A DNA stretch of 64,000 nucleotides from the NCBI GenBank assembly GCA_964449465.1, contig CAYVBK010000012.1, positions 26,552-90,551 of the forward strand, read 5' to 3'. Source of the stretch: an uncultured Anaerolineae bacterium. Its GTDB lineage: Bacteria; Chloroflexota; Anaerolineae; JAFGEY01. The position numbers were made by a program, and so were the translations under genes. Within the stretch, counting starts at the first letter, position 1. Each line of letters opens with the position of its first letter. The notes below the pieces were generated by a model, which had not been told where the DNA came from, made no database searches, and was given only the letters and a program-made list of their open reading frames with translations. Shown piece after piece: positions 25,809 to 38,178 of this stretch.

Positions 25809-28181
25809 CTAGCCTGAAAACGAGGCATGCTCGGTGCGGGCAATGATCTCGTCTTGCAGGGCCGGGCCAAGATTGCAAAAATAATCACTGTACCCGGCCA
25901 CACGCACGATCAGATCACGGTACTGGTCGGGATGCTGCTGCGCCCGACGCAAAGTGGCTGCGTCTACCACGTTGAACTGGATGTGGTGGCCGCCCAACCC
26001 GAAATAGGTGCGGACCAGCGACACCAGGCCATTCAGCCCGGCGTCGTCTTGGAGCAGAGATGGCGCAAATTTTTGGTTGAGCAAGGTGCCGCCGGTGCGA
26101 TGGTGGTCCATCCTCGCCGCTGAGCGAATCACGGCGGTGGGGCCGCGCCGGTCGGCCCCCTGCACCGGCGAAATGCCCTCCGAAACCGGCCGGCCGGCAT
26201 GGCGACCATCGGGGGTGGCCCCCAGCACGGCGCCAAAATAGACGTGACAGGTGGTGGGCAGCAGGTCAATGTGATAATGTCCGCCGCGCATGTTGGGCCG
26301 CCCGTCAATCGCCGCAAAATAGGCCTCGAACACCTGCCGCATCACCTCATCGGCGGCGTCATCGTCATTGCCATAACGGGGCGTCCTGTTGAGCAGCTTG
26401 AGGCGCAGCGGCTCGTATCCGGCAAAGTCGGCCTCCAGCGCGGCCAGCAATTCCCCCATCGAGAGCGTCCGCTGCTCGAACACGTGCGTTTTCAGTGCAC
26501 TCAAGGCATCGGTGATGGTGCCCAACCCCACCCCTTGAATGTACGAGGTGTTGTAGCGCGCCCCGCCATCGTGATAATCCCGCCCCTTGTCAATGCAATC
26601 CGAGATCAGCAACGACAGAAAAGGCACCGGCATGTGCTGCGCATAGAGCCGCTCGATCGCGTCGTTGCCCTGCATCTTGATGTCAATGAAAAACTGGAGC
26701 TGTTTGCGATACGCTTCAAACAACTCGTCAAAAGTCTGCCAGGTAGTCGGGTCGCCGGTCGGCAGGCCGATCATCTGACCGCTACGCGGGTTGCGGCCGT
26801 TGTGCAGGGTGATTTCCAGCACTTGGGGCAGATTGAAATAACCGGTCAGGTTGTAATTTTCCTTGCCAAACGCGCCCACCTCCACGCACCCGCTGGTGCC
26901 GCCGGCGCGGGCATCGGCCAGCGATTTGCCCTGCCGCAATAACTCGGATACGGTGGCCTCGGTATTAAAGACCGAAGGCTGTCCAAAACCGGTGCGGATG
27001 ATCTCGGCAGCACGGCGCACAAATGCGTCAGGATTTTGGCGACTGACTTGGATGGAGGAGCTGGGCTGAAGCAGGCGCATCTCTTGAATCACATCGAGCA
27101 GCAAAAACGTCACCTCGTTGACGCCATCCGAACCATCAAGGCGCAGGCCGCCGGTGTTGATCTGGCAAAAATCGGTGTACGTGCCGCTCTCGGCGGCGGT
27201 CACGCCCACTTTGGGCGGGGCCGGCTGATTGTTAAACTTGATCCAAAAGCACTGCAACAGTTCTTCAGCCTGGGCGCGGGTCAGCGTGCCGTCGGTCAGC
27301 CCTTGACGGTAAAACGGCTCCAGATGTTGATCCAGCCGGCCGGGGTTGAACGAGTCCCAGGGATTCAATTCGCAGGTCACACCGAGATGGACAAACCAAT
27401 AATACTGCAAAGCCTCCCCAAAATCGCGCGGCGGGTGGGCAGGCACCCATTCGCACACCCGGGCGATGCGCTCCAACTCGGCGCGTCGCACCCCCTCGCC
27501 CGCCACGGCAGCCAGTTCGCGAGCCTTGTCGGCATGTCGCTGTGCCAGATGAATCAGGGCGGCGGCGCAGCAGCGCATGGCCCAAAGTTGCTCTCGACGG
27601 GCCTCGGCGTGCGGATCGTCCCGGTCTGACAGGCCGGCCAGCGCAGCGTCAATCTGCGCCTGAAAATCCAGCATGCCCCAACGATAAATTTTGTCGTCCA
27701 GCACAGTGTGGCCAGGCGAGCGCTGCTCCATAAACTCGGTAAACAGGCCGGCCCGGTACGCCGCCAACCATTCGGGGGTCATGCACTCGAAAATGGCCTC
27801 ACGCATTGTCTGACCATGCCAGAATGGAATGATCTCGGTTTCATAGAGGCGGCGCGTTTCGGGGCTAACCACAAAGGGGATTTTTTCTCTGGAATCCAGC
27901 ACATCCAGGTCTTGCAGGGTATGACAGCACAGTTCGGGATAAGTGGGCGCAGCCTGCGGCGCAGGGCCTTTTTCACCGACGATCAACTCACCGTCGCCGA
28001 TCCAGATGGCCTTGTGCGCCATCAAATACTCAAAGACCAGGGCGCGGCGGCGCGGCGCCGACATGGGTTGTGTATTTTGGCGATAAAATGCGGTAATCAA
28101 GATCGCCCGCTCGGGCGACAGAGTCGGCACGGCAGTCAGGCTTTGCTGTCGCAGTCGAACAACCCGCTCGGTCATCGGCAT
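25809..28181 (-). CDS. hypD: Glycyl radical enzyme, trans-4-hydroxy-L-proline dehydratase (HypD)-like
   Basis: PTYPELCCHT, EQRSPGHTV, ELNPWDSF, KFNNQPAPPKVG, ESGTYTDF, GTSGCVE, LTGY, LPTTCH and glycyl loop VRVAGYS. SD GGAG before ATG 28181. Confidence 0.85.
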   Translation of the reverse strand: MPMTERVVRLRQQSLTAVPTLSPERAILITAFYRQNTQPMSAPRRRALVFEYLMAHKAIWIGDGELIVGEKGPAPQAAPTYPELCCHTLQDLDVLDSREKIPFVVSPETRRLYETEIIPFWHGQTMREAIFECMTPEWLAAYRAGLFTEFMEQRSPGHTVLDDKIYRWGMLDFQAQIDAALAGLSDRDDPHAEARREQLWAMRCCAAALIHLAQRHADKARELAAVAGEGVRRAELERIARVCEWVPAHPPRDFGEALQYYWFVHLGVTCELNPWDSFNPGRLDQHLEPFYRQGLTDGTLTRAQAEELLQCFWIKFNNQPAPPKVGVTAAESGTYTDFCQINTGGLRLDGSDGVNEVTFLLLDVIQEMRLLQPSSSIQVSRQNPDAFVRRAAEIIRTGFGQPSVFNTEATVSELLRQGKSLADARAGGTSGCVEVGAFGKENYNLTGYFNLPQVLEITLHNGRNPRSGQMIGLPTGDPTTWQTFDELFEAYRKQLQFFIDIKMQGNDAIERLYAQHMPVPFLSLLISDCIDKGRDYHDGGARYNTSYIQGVGLGTITDALSALKTHVFEQRTLSMGELLAALEADFAGYEPLRLKLLNRTPRYGNDDDAADEVMRQVFEAYFAAIDGRPNMRGGHYHIDLLPTTCHVYFGAVLGATPDGRHAGRPVSEGISPVQGADRRGPTAVIRSAARMDHHRTGGTLLNQKFAPSLLQDDAGLNGLVSLVRTYFGLGGHHIQFNVVDAATLRRAQQHPDQYRDLIVRVAGYSDYFCNLGPALQDEIIARTEHASFSG

Positions 28182-28364
28182 GTTCACATCTCCATAGAAC
28201 GCATCATCCAGAGAGCCTCAACACGTTAGGGGTTCCTCGCCCTTGTACTCTCTGCCGGTTGATAGTATAAACTAAAGCCGATGAATCCGCAACTATGGCG
28301 CGAGGCAGTAAAACGAGGTATAATAGTGTCTTGATTCCTACATCTCACCTGGAGGAGCAACCCC

Positions 28365-29033
28365 TTGTCTACTCAATCCCTCAACCAGATTGCCGAAATT
28401 CACAAACGGTTGCTGGCGGCATACGGCGAGCCACAATGGAGGTCGCCGTTGGATCCGGTCAGCGAGCTGGTTTCGACCATTTTGTCGCAAAACACCAACG
28501 ATGCTAACCGCGACCGTGCCTTTGCCCGCCTGCGAGCGACGTTCTCCACCTGGGAGGCAGTGCGTGACGCCGACCCCGACACCCTCCAGGAGGCCATTCA
28601 GGTGGCTGGGCTGGCCAACCACAAAGGCCCGGCCATCCAACGCGCCCTCAAACACATCGGCGAGCAGCGCGGCGAATTGTCGTTGGACTGGCTGCGCTCG
28701 CTGCCGGTCCAAGAGGCCAAAGCCTGGCTGATGGGAATCAAGGGAGTGGGACCCAAGACGGCGGCCATTGTGCTGCTCTTTTCGTTGGATATGCCGGCTT
28801 TTCCGGTGGATACGCACATCCATCGCGTCAGCGGGCGGCTGGGGCTGATTTCGCCGCAAACGAGCCGCGAGCAGGCGCACGAGGTGCTGGAATCGCTAAT
28901 CCCGCCCGAGTGGTATTATCCCCTGCACCTCAACCTGATCCGGCATGGCCGCGAGGTGTGCCACCCCCGCCGCCCGGCTTGCGCCGCGTGTGTGTTGAAC
29001 GATCTGTGCGACGCTTGCCCAAGCCAGCATTAA
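28365..29033 (+). CDS. nth: Endonuclease III (HhH-GPD, 4Fe-4S)
   Basis: SD GGAGGAG before the TTG. ILSQNT, GVGPKTA, FPVDTHIHRV and C-x6-C-x2-C-x5-C. Confidence 0.92.
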   Translation: MSTQSLNQIAEIHKRLLAAYGEPQWRSPLDPVSELVSTILSQNTNDANRDRAFARLRATFSTWEAVRDADPDTLQEAIQVAGLANHKGPAIQRALKHIGEQRGELSLDWLRSLPVQEAKAWLMGIKGVGPKTAAIVLLFSLDMPAFPVDTHIHRVSGRLGLISPQTSREQAHEVLESLIPPEWYYPLHLNLIRHGREVCHPRRPACAACVLNDLCDACPSQH

Positions 29034-29044
29034 TTTCGACAGGC

Positions 29045-29053
<9 letters not shown>
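29031..29053. repeat. REP-like element of the GTTG(G/A)TTTCGACAGGCTCAA(C/T)CAAC family, copy 1
   Basis: TAATTTCGACAGGCTCAATCAAC overlaps both the nth and carB stop codons. Confidence 0.7.
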
Positions 29054-32299
<3,246 letters not shown>

Positions 32300-32321
32300 A
32301 AAGATACTCCGTACTCTGTTT

Positions 32322-33071
32322 TTATCCCTGTCTGATAGACAGAAAATGCTCTGTGATCAAAAATCTGGTCAATCCGACCGCCTCGGCCAGCCGGATTGAC
32401 GGCAGGTTATCCTCACGCACTTGATAACGCGGGACAAGGCCGCGTTTGAGCAGCTCATGCACGGCGGCCTCAACCACGCAGCGGGCCAGTCCCCGCCGGC
32501 GATGGCCTTCGACTGTGTGCACGCCGGCAATCTCCCACACATCGCCATAATTGGGAAAACAAAAGCAGGTCGAAAGCGGATCGTCTTGCGCATAGATCGT
32601 TGCAGCAAACGCGCCGCGGGCAAAATAATCTGCCACCTCTTGCTCCGAATAGCCGTTGGCAGCATAGAGAGGCAAACAGCGGGCATCAAGATGCCCGGTC
32701 ATGCGAACATTGGCAGCCGGTGACAGGTCGGAAATCCGCTCTGTCGAACAGATGCCTGTATAGGAGATGTACGCTGTTTTACGTTGCAATTCAAATTCTA
32801 AAGATAGGACCGACCGGGTCGGCGCGTCAATCAATTTGAATACCAGGTCGCAGTCGGTGGGGATGTACACCAACAGCGCCCGTGCCGCCGTCTCGTCCGT
32901 CGCCACAGGCAACACCACATAGCGGGTCAAAGGATACATTTTCCGGTCAAATGACGAAATTAGGGTTGGCAGCAAGAGAAGCACGCCCTTTGATGAGCCC
33001 CTGGAAAAATACTGGCCCTGGATCGCATCGGGATAAGCGGCCAACATTTTCAAATGAACGATGTGACGCAA
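32322..33071 (-). CDS. GNAT-family acetyltransferase (C-terminal GNAT domain); start uncertain
   Basis: [19 protein letters not shown] (motif A) and [18 protein letters not shown]. Confidence 0.75.
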   Translation of the reverse strand: MRHIVHLKMLAAYPDAIQGQYFSRGSSKGVLLLLPTLISSFDRKMYPLTRYVVLPVATDETAARALLVYIPTDCDLVFKLIDAPTRSVLSLEFELQRKTAYISYTGICSTERISDLSPAANVRMTGHLDARCLPLYAANGYSEQEVADYFARGAFAATIYAQDDPLSTCFCFPNYGDVWEIAGVHTVEGHRRRGLARCVVEAAVHELLKRGLVPRYQVREDNLPSIRLAEAVGLTRFLITEHFLSIRQG

Positions 33072-33147
33072 AATATCGCGCTTGAAAAAGGATAGAATAT
33101 AGGTAACCGTTCAGGTACAAAATAGCCGATTTCCAAACTTTGCAACC

Positions 33148-33274
33148 ACAACTTGTAGTGTATCAGTGTGAAAAACACAGCTTCGGTGCGGCAAAAAACT
33201 GTGGCCCTTTAAGCACACAAATACTACAAGTTGTAGCTTATGCACAAGAAACACAACGGGTAGTAGTACTACCC
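33148..33274. promoter_or_regulatory. Cluster of palindromes, NrdR-box-like
   Basis: ACAACTTGTAGT (33148-33159) and ACTACAAGTTGT (33223-33234) are a perfect inverted repeat. GGGTAGTA-G-TACTACCC lies at 33258-33274. Confidence 0.5.
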
Positions 33275-33470
33275 CCCTGAACGGTTACGAATATAGTTGG
33301 TCTCGTTTGGTCTGGCGGCAGAATGTCTTGTCATCGAAGGAGAGGTCTCATACGAATGTGTCTGTCTTTGACAACGGCAAAATGTCCGGCCCAATCTGCT
33401 CGACTGGATAGAGCAGCAACGGCTAGAGTCCCATTGCCTCCTCGCAGAATTTTCAGGCGTGCCAGGCATT

Positions 33471-33896
33471 TCAATGCTCACGTAGGATGTCGGCCGGGCG
33501 AGCCGTTTGGATCAATGGCGGCAATCGATCCAACTGTTGGCGATCCAGCGTGACCAACGTCGTATTGTATTGTTGAGCTACCGCCGCGTAGACAGCATCC
33601 ACGCCGCGCAATCGCGCCATGGCTGCCAGGCTGGCCGCCCGCATCGCTACCGACTCATCCAGGGAAACGATCACCTGGTTGGACAAACCACGCAATGCCG
33701 TCGCCCAGTTAACTGCCCGCTCTGCATCGCCCAGGACAGCAGAGACAGCCGCAGCCACTTCAACCAGCAACAAAGAAGGAGAAAACACAAGCCATTGTTC
33801 CCGCCGCACCAGGGACAGAAAAGCCTGGCTGTCTGCCGAATCAGGCTCGGCCGGGTTCAACGCGCTCACATGAACACTGGCATCAATAGTGTACAT
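33471..33896 (-). CDS. PIN-domain toxin (VapC-like)
   Basis: YTIDASV, LLVEVAA, LRGVDAVYAAVA and LVTLD; 141 aa, 9 nt downstream of the antitoxin. Confidence 0.88.
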   Translation of the reverse strand: MYTIDASVHVSALNPAEPDSADSQAFLSLVRREQWLVFSPSLLLVEVAAAVSAVLGDAERAVNWATALRGLSNQVIVSLDESVAMRAASLAAMARLRGVDAVYAAVAQQYNTTLVTLDRQQLDRLPPLIQTARPADILREH

Positions 33897-33905
33897 ACAC
33901 GCCTC

Positions 33906-34184
33906 TTAGCGACGAACCATGTCCAACACATCCTGCGTGGATAGATCAACAGGCCAATCTGCCCGCAGGTCTTTGGCCAATCGCTCGTATTGTTCCCACG
34001 AATCGGAAATCGCTCGCTTGCTGGCCAACACCATCTCCTCTTCTGCTCGCTCAACGTTGAGTGGCAGCAACACGGCTACCGGCCGCCCCTGGTAGGTGAT
34101 CACATACTCGGCTCGTTCTTCGCGCACCCGGCGAATCACTTCGCTGGCCTGTTCTCGCAACTCGCGCACTCCGATCAAAGCCAT
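33906..34184 (-). CDS. Phd/YefM-family antitoxin
   Basis: IGVRELREQASEVIRRV...YVITYQGRPVAVLLP; SD AAGGAGG. Confidence 0.9.
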   Translation of the reverse strand: MALIGVRELREQASEVIRRVREERAEYVITYQGRPVAVLLPLNVERAEEEMVLASKRAISDSWEQYERLAKDLRADWPVDLSTQDVLDMVRR

Positions 34185-34203
34185 TTTTGCGCCTCCTTAC
34201 TCA

Positions 34204-34254
34204 AATGTAGCATCAATTGATACTACATTGTATCACACCCTCATTCCAGGTCAA
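34204..34254 (-). promoter_or_regulatory. TA promoter with palindromic autorepression operator
   Basis: Minus strand TTGACC-N16-TACAAT with TG at the extended -10 position. AATGTAG-C-ATCAATTGAT-A-CTACATT (34204-34229) is a 26-bp palindrome with one mismatched pair. Confidence 0.75.
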
Positions 34255-35372
34255 ACACGGCGCATCAGTTCGACAAACTCACCGAACAGCGGGTTGGCGT
34301 CGTGCGGGCCGGGCGCGGCCTCTGGATGATATTGGACGCTGAATGCCGGTAAAGAACGATGCCACATGCCCTCCAGCGTGCCATCATACAGGTTGAAATG
34401 CGTGGCCTCGACCTCGCCGCACAGTGAGTCGGCGTCAATGATAAAGTTGTGGTTTTGGGCGGTGATGGCGATCTGCCCCGTTCTTACTTGCTTGACCGGG
34501 TGATTGCTGCCGTGATGGCCGAATTTCAGTTTGCGCTTTTTTCCGCCCAGAGCCAGCCCCAACACCTGATGCCCCAGACAGATGCCGAAAATTGGCACGC
34601 GGCCCAGCAGGATGCGCACCATCTCGATGGTGTACGGCACGTTTTCGGGGTCACCGGGGCCGTTGGAGAGAAACACTCCGTCTGGGTGGAGGGCCAGCAC
34701 CTCTTGGGCGGTGATGTGCGCCGGCGCCACCGTCACCCGGCAGCCCACACCGACCAACTGCCGCAAAATGTTGCGCTTGATGCCGCAGTCCAAAGCCACC
34801 ACGTGCAAATTGCCAGGCGCAGATTGCAGGCGATCCTGGTCAATTTGCCACCCGGCATCCAGCGGTTCGACCCACTCATAAGGCTGCCGGCACGTTACCT
34901 CGGCCACCAGGTCCACATCTGAGGTGGTAGGGGCAGCCTGGGCCTTGCGGCGCAGCGAAGCGGGGTCGAGGTCTATCGTTGAAACGACACCGCGCAATGC
35001 CCCAAACTGCCGCAGATGGCGGGTAAGAGCGCGGGTATCCACCTCGGTGAGAGCCATCACCTCATGTTCGTGCAAATAGCGGGTCAGAGTCTGATGGGCG
35101 CGCCAGTTGCTCTCACGCAGGCTCACCTCACGCACGATCAGGGCGCGCAGGTGCGGCCGCGCCGATTCGCCATCCTCGTCATTGATGCCAATGTTGCCAA
35201 TATGCGGACAGGTCATGGTCACCATCTGGCCGCGATATGAAGGATCGGTGAGAATTTCTTGATAGCCGGTCATGCCAGTGTTGAACACCACCTCACCCAC
35301 CTGCTCGCCGGGCGCGCCAAACGAACGACCGCGAAACATCATCCCATCCTCAAGAACCAGCAAAGCATCCAT
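34251..35372 (-). CDS. carA: Carbamoyl-phosphate synthase small subunit
   Basis: GEVVFNTGMTGYQEILTDPSY, LSNGPGDP, GICLGHQ and VQYHPEA. Confidence 0.97.
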   Translation of the reverse strand: MDALLVLEDGMMFRGRSFGAPGEQVGEVVFNTGMTGYQEILTDPSYRGQMVTMTCPHIGNIGINDEDGESARPHLRALIVREVSLRESNWRAHQTLTRYLHEHEVMALTEVDTRALTRHLRQFGALRGVVSTIDLDPASLRRKAQAAPTTSDVDLVAEVTCRQPYEWVEPLDAGWQIDQDRLQSAPGNLHVVALDCGIKRNILRQLVGVGCRVTVAPAHITAQEVLALHPDGVFLSNGPGDPENVPYTIEMVRILLGRVPIFGICLGHQVLGLALGGKKRKLKFGHHGSNHPVKQVRTGQIAITAQNHNFIIDADSLCGEVEATHFNLYDGTLEGMWHRSLPAFSVQYHPEAAPGPHDANPLFGEFVELMRRV

Positions 35373-35397
35373 CCCTTTACCCCCTATCCCTTATTCC

Positions 35398-35862
35398 TTA
35401 CCCTAGCTTTAATACCACCGCCGTCTCGTCGCAGTTGGGAAACTTGGCACAGTCCATACACTCGCCCCACACTTTGCGCGGCATGGTTTCCTTTTCCACC
35501 ACCACAAAACCGAGCCGTTCGAAAAAGGGCTGCTGATAGGTCAAGGCAAACACCTGCGGCAATCCGAGTTGGATCGCTTCCTGGATCAGCGCTTCAACAA
35601 TATGCCGCCCCACGCCGTTGCCTTGAAATTGCTCAGCCACGGCCAGCGAGCGAATTTCGCCCAGATCGGCCCACAGAACATGCAGGGCCCCGCAGCCGGC
35701 AAACTGACCTTCTTTTTCGGCCACCCAAAAATCGCGAATGTTTTGGTACAAATGACTGCGCGCTTTGGCCAGCATCAGGCCCCGCCCGGCAAATTGATTG
35801 ATCAATGTGTGCATTTTTTCAACGTCGCTCAATGTGGCACGATGAACCAGCAAATCCGACAT
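35398..35862 (-). CDS. argA: Short GNAT N-acetyltransferase, probable N-acetylglutamate synthase (short ArgA type)
   Basis: EIRSLAV..FQGNGVG, VFALTY and MPRKVWGECMDC; position within the arg run; SD AGGAGG. Confidence 0.72.
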   Translation of the reverse strand: MSDLLVHRATLSDVEKMHTLINQFAGRGLMLAKARSHLYQNIRDFWVAEKEGQFAGCGALHVLWADLGEIRSLAVAEQFQGNGVGRHIVEALIQEAIQLGLPQVFALTYQQPFFERLGFVVVEKETMPRKVWGECMDCAKFPNCDETAVVLKLG

Positions 35863-35889
35863 ACAACCTCCTGAAATATCAAACCGCTT

Positions 35890-37071
35890 TCAAAAAATCC
35901 GATCCAACAACTGCACCGCCTGCTCGATCTCGGCTTGTTCGACAACATAGGGCGGCAAGAGGCGCACCACATGCTCGCCAGCCGCGCCGAGCAGAATGCC
36001 GTGTTGATAGCCGGCCGCGAGAATGTCTTTGGTCAGCAGGGTTGTCTCGACGCCCCACATCAACCCGCGCCCGCGAATAGCCGTGATCGAGGCATGTCGC
36101 CCGGCCAGCTCGCTGAGCAGCTCGCCCAAATAGCCGCCCTTTTCGCGCACCCCGGTCAGACATTCGGGCGTGTTGATGATGCTCAAGGCGGCGTGGGCAG
36201 CGGCGCAGATCAGCGGGTTGGCAGCAAATGTGCTGCCATGATCGCCCGGCTCGATCAGCGCGGCCACCCTGTCGGCGGCCAGCGCCGCGCCGATGGGCAG
36301 ACTGCCGCCCAGCGGCTTGGCCGCGGCCACCAGATCGGGGCGGATGCCGCTGGCCTCGAATGCCCACAATGTGCCGGTGCGCCCCATCCCGCACTGAATT
36401 TCATCGCAAATCAACAGAGCCTCGTTTTCATCGCAGACGGCGCGCAGCCCTTGCAAAAACTCGTCGGTGGCCGGATAAATGCCACCCTCGCCTTGCACCG
36501 CCTCGACAATTACGCCGCACGGCTGCACCCGCTCGATCAAGGATCTGGCCGCCCGGAGGTCGTTGAACGGGGCAAAATAAACGCCCGGCATCAGCGGCGC
36601 AAATGGCTCCTGATAACGCGGCTTGGCCGTGAGAGCCAGAGCGCCCATCGTCCGCCCGTGAAACGAGTGTTCAAAGGCCACAAAAGCCGTCTTGCCGCCA
36701 TGCGCCTTGCCCCACTTGCGGGCAAATTTGATGCAGGCTTCGACCGCCTCGGTGCCCGAATTGGTCCAAAAAACGCGGTCGGCGCCGGGCGTGCTTTCCA
36801 CCAAATCGCGCGCCAGCAAGGTTTGCGGCTCGGAATGATACAGGTTGGAAATGTGCATCAACTTGCCGGCCTGCTCGCGAATGGCCTGCACCACCGCCGG
36901 GTGGCAATGTCCCAGCGCGTTGACGGCAATGCCACCCAAAAAGTCCAGATAGGCCTTGCCTTCAGTGTCGTACACCCACACACCCTGGCCGTGATCCAGC
37001 ACAAAAGGCGGGCGGGCATAAGAATGAACCAGGTATTTTTGCTCCAGAGCCATGATCTCTTGGGTATTCAT
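35890..37071 (-). CDS. argD: Acetylornithine aminotransferase
   Basis: Start ATG 37071 after SD GAAAGG. YLDFLGGIAVNALGH, NSGTEA, FHGRT, DEIQCGMGRTG, AKPLGG and HGSTF. Confidence 0.94.
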   Translation of the reverse strand: MNTQEIMALEQKYLVHSYARPPFVLDHGQGVWVYDTEGKAYLDFLGGIAVNALGHCHPAVVQAIREQAGKLMHISNLYHSEPQTLLARDLVESTPGADRVFWTNSGTEAVEACIKFARKWGKAHGGKTAFVAFEHSFHGRTMGALALTAKPRYQEPFAPLMPGVYFAPFNDLRAARSLIERVQPCGVIVEAVQGEGGIYPATDEFLQGLRAVCDENEALLICDEIQCGMGRTGTLWAFEASGIRPDLVAAAKPLGGSLPIGAALAADRVAALIEPGDHGSTFAANPLICAAAHAALSIINTPECLTGVREKGGYLGELLSELAGRHASITAIRGRGLMWGVETTLLTKDILAAGYQHGILLGAAGEHVVRLLPPYVVEQAEIEQAVQLLDRIF

Positions 37072-37102
37072 CTGTGCGATCCTTTCTTCAAAATGAAAAT
37101 AT

Positions 37103-37264
37103 GAGTCCACTGAAAAAACCACCAAGAACACCAAGTACACGAAGAAAGTCAAGACTTGAATTAATTATTTCAATGTTGTATTTGAACAATTTCAAGCTCA
37201 ACCTGAATTTTCTTTGTGACCTTTGTGTTCTTTGTGGTTAAATCCACCTTTTTTCAGGAGAGTC
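37103..37264. mobile_element. MITE-like element related to family B
   Basis: Imperfect TIRs GAGTCCACTGAAAAAA / TTTTTTCAGGAGAGTC, inner IR ACCACCAAGAACACCAAG / CTTTGTGTTCTTTGTGGT, and AAATAT directly flanking both ends (37097-37102, 37265-37270). Confidence 0.6.
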
Positions 37265-37280
37265 AAATATGAGCCGTCCA

Positions 37281-38069
37281 TTATACCTCAGACATGACAA
37301 AGCACGTGCCTTGCCCCTCCATCAGCCCTGGCAGGTTGGCGATCCGCACCTGCCGCACGCCCTGCGCCAGCGCGTCCAGGGCGGCGCGCACTTTGGGAAT
37401 CATGCCGCCGCTGATCTCGCCGGCAGCGATCAAGGCCTCTACATCTGAGGGCGTCAGCAGCGGCAGGCAGGCTCGCTCGGCGCCGGCCAGCACGCCCGGC
37501 ACATTGCTGACAAAAACCAGTTCGGCGGCGTTCAGAGAAGCGGCCAGGGCCGCCGCGGCGTGATCGGCATTGACATTGTAGGTATGTCCATCGAAACCGA
37601 GCGAAATCGGCGATATGACAGGGACAAGGCCATCTTGCAGCAGGGCCGTTACCACCGCTGCACGAGTCTCAACGATTTCGCCGACCCAGCCCCAGTCCTT
37701 GCCGGGGTGCTCCAACCGCCGCACACGAATCAACCCATCGTCTACGCCACTGAGGCCCACCGCGCGCAGCCCCGCCGAAACCAGCCGCGCCGTCAGCCGC
37801 TTGTTGGTCAGCCCCGACAAGACCATCTCGGCCACGTCCAGCGAAGCATCGTCGGTGACACGCAGGCCATCCACAAAACGTGCCGCCAGCCCCAGCCGGC
37901 TTTGCAATTGAGCGATGGTCTTGCCACCACCATGCACCAGCACCACAGACCTATTTTTTGTCAATTCATGCAGCACCGCGATCAAACCGGTCACAAAATC
38001 ATCCGCTGCTGCAGGAGCAATCTGCTCCAGTTCACTGCCGCCAATTTTCAAAACCAGTCGTTCCATCAT
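37281..38069 (-). CDS. argB: Acetylglutamate kinase
   Basis: VLKIGGS, VHGGG, VDGLRVTD, NVNADHAA and GGMIPKV. Confidence 0.95.
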   Translation of the reverse strand: MMERLVLKIGGSELEQIAPAAADDFVTGLIAVLHELTKNRSVVLVHGGGKTIAQLQSRLGLAARFVDGLRVTDDASLDVAEMVLSGLTNKRLTARLVSAGLRAVGLSGVDDGLIRVRRLEHPGKDWGWVGEIVETRAAVVTALLQDGLVPVISPISLGFDGHTYNVNADHAAAALAASLNAAELVFVSNVPGVLAGAERACLPLLTPSDVEALIAAGEISGGMIPKVRAALDALAQGVRQVRIANLPGLMEGQGTCFVMSEV

Positions 38070-38091
38070 TTCTCCAAATCAAGACTTGAAG

Positions 38092-38120
38092 GCGTTGGTT
38101 TCGACAGGCTCAACCAACGC
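38092..38120. repeat. REP-like element, copy 2
   Basis: GCGTTGGTT-TCGACAGGCTC-AACCAACGC, a perfect 9-bp stem. Confidence 0.8.
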
Positions 38121-38178
38121 TTTGACATTAAAACAAAAAGCGGAAAGTGATATATTGCACCGCCAACCACCCAACCAC

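Noticed and set aside
38122-38156. Antisense promoter (TTGACA ... TATATT) in the argC-argB spacer
   Set aside because: The spacing is about 23 bp, too long for sigma70.
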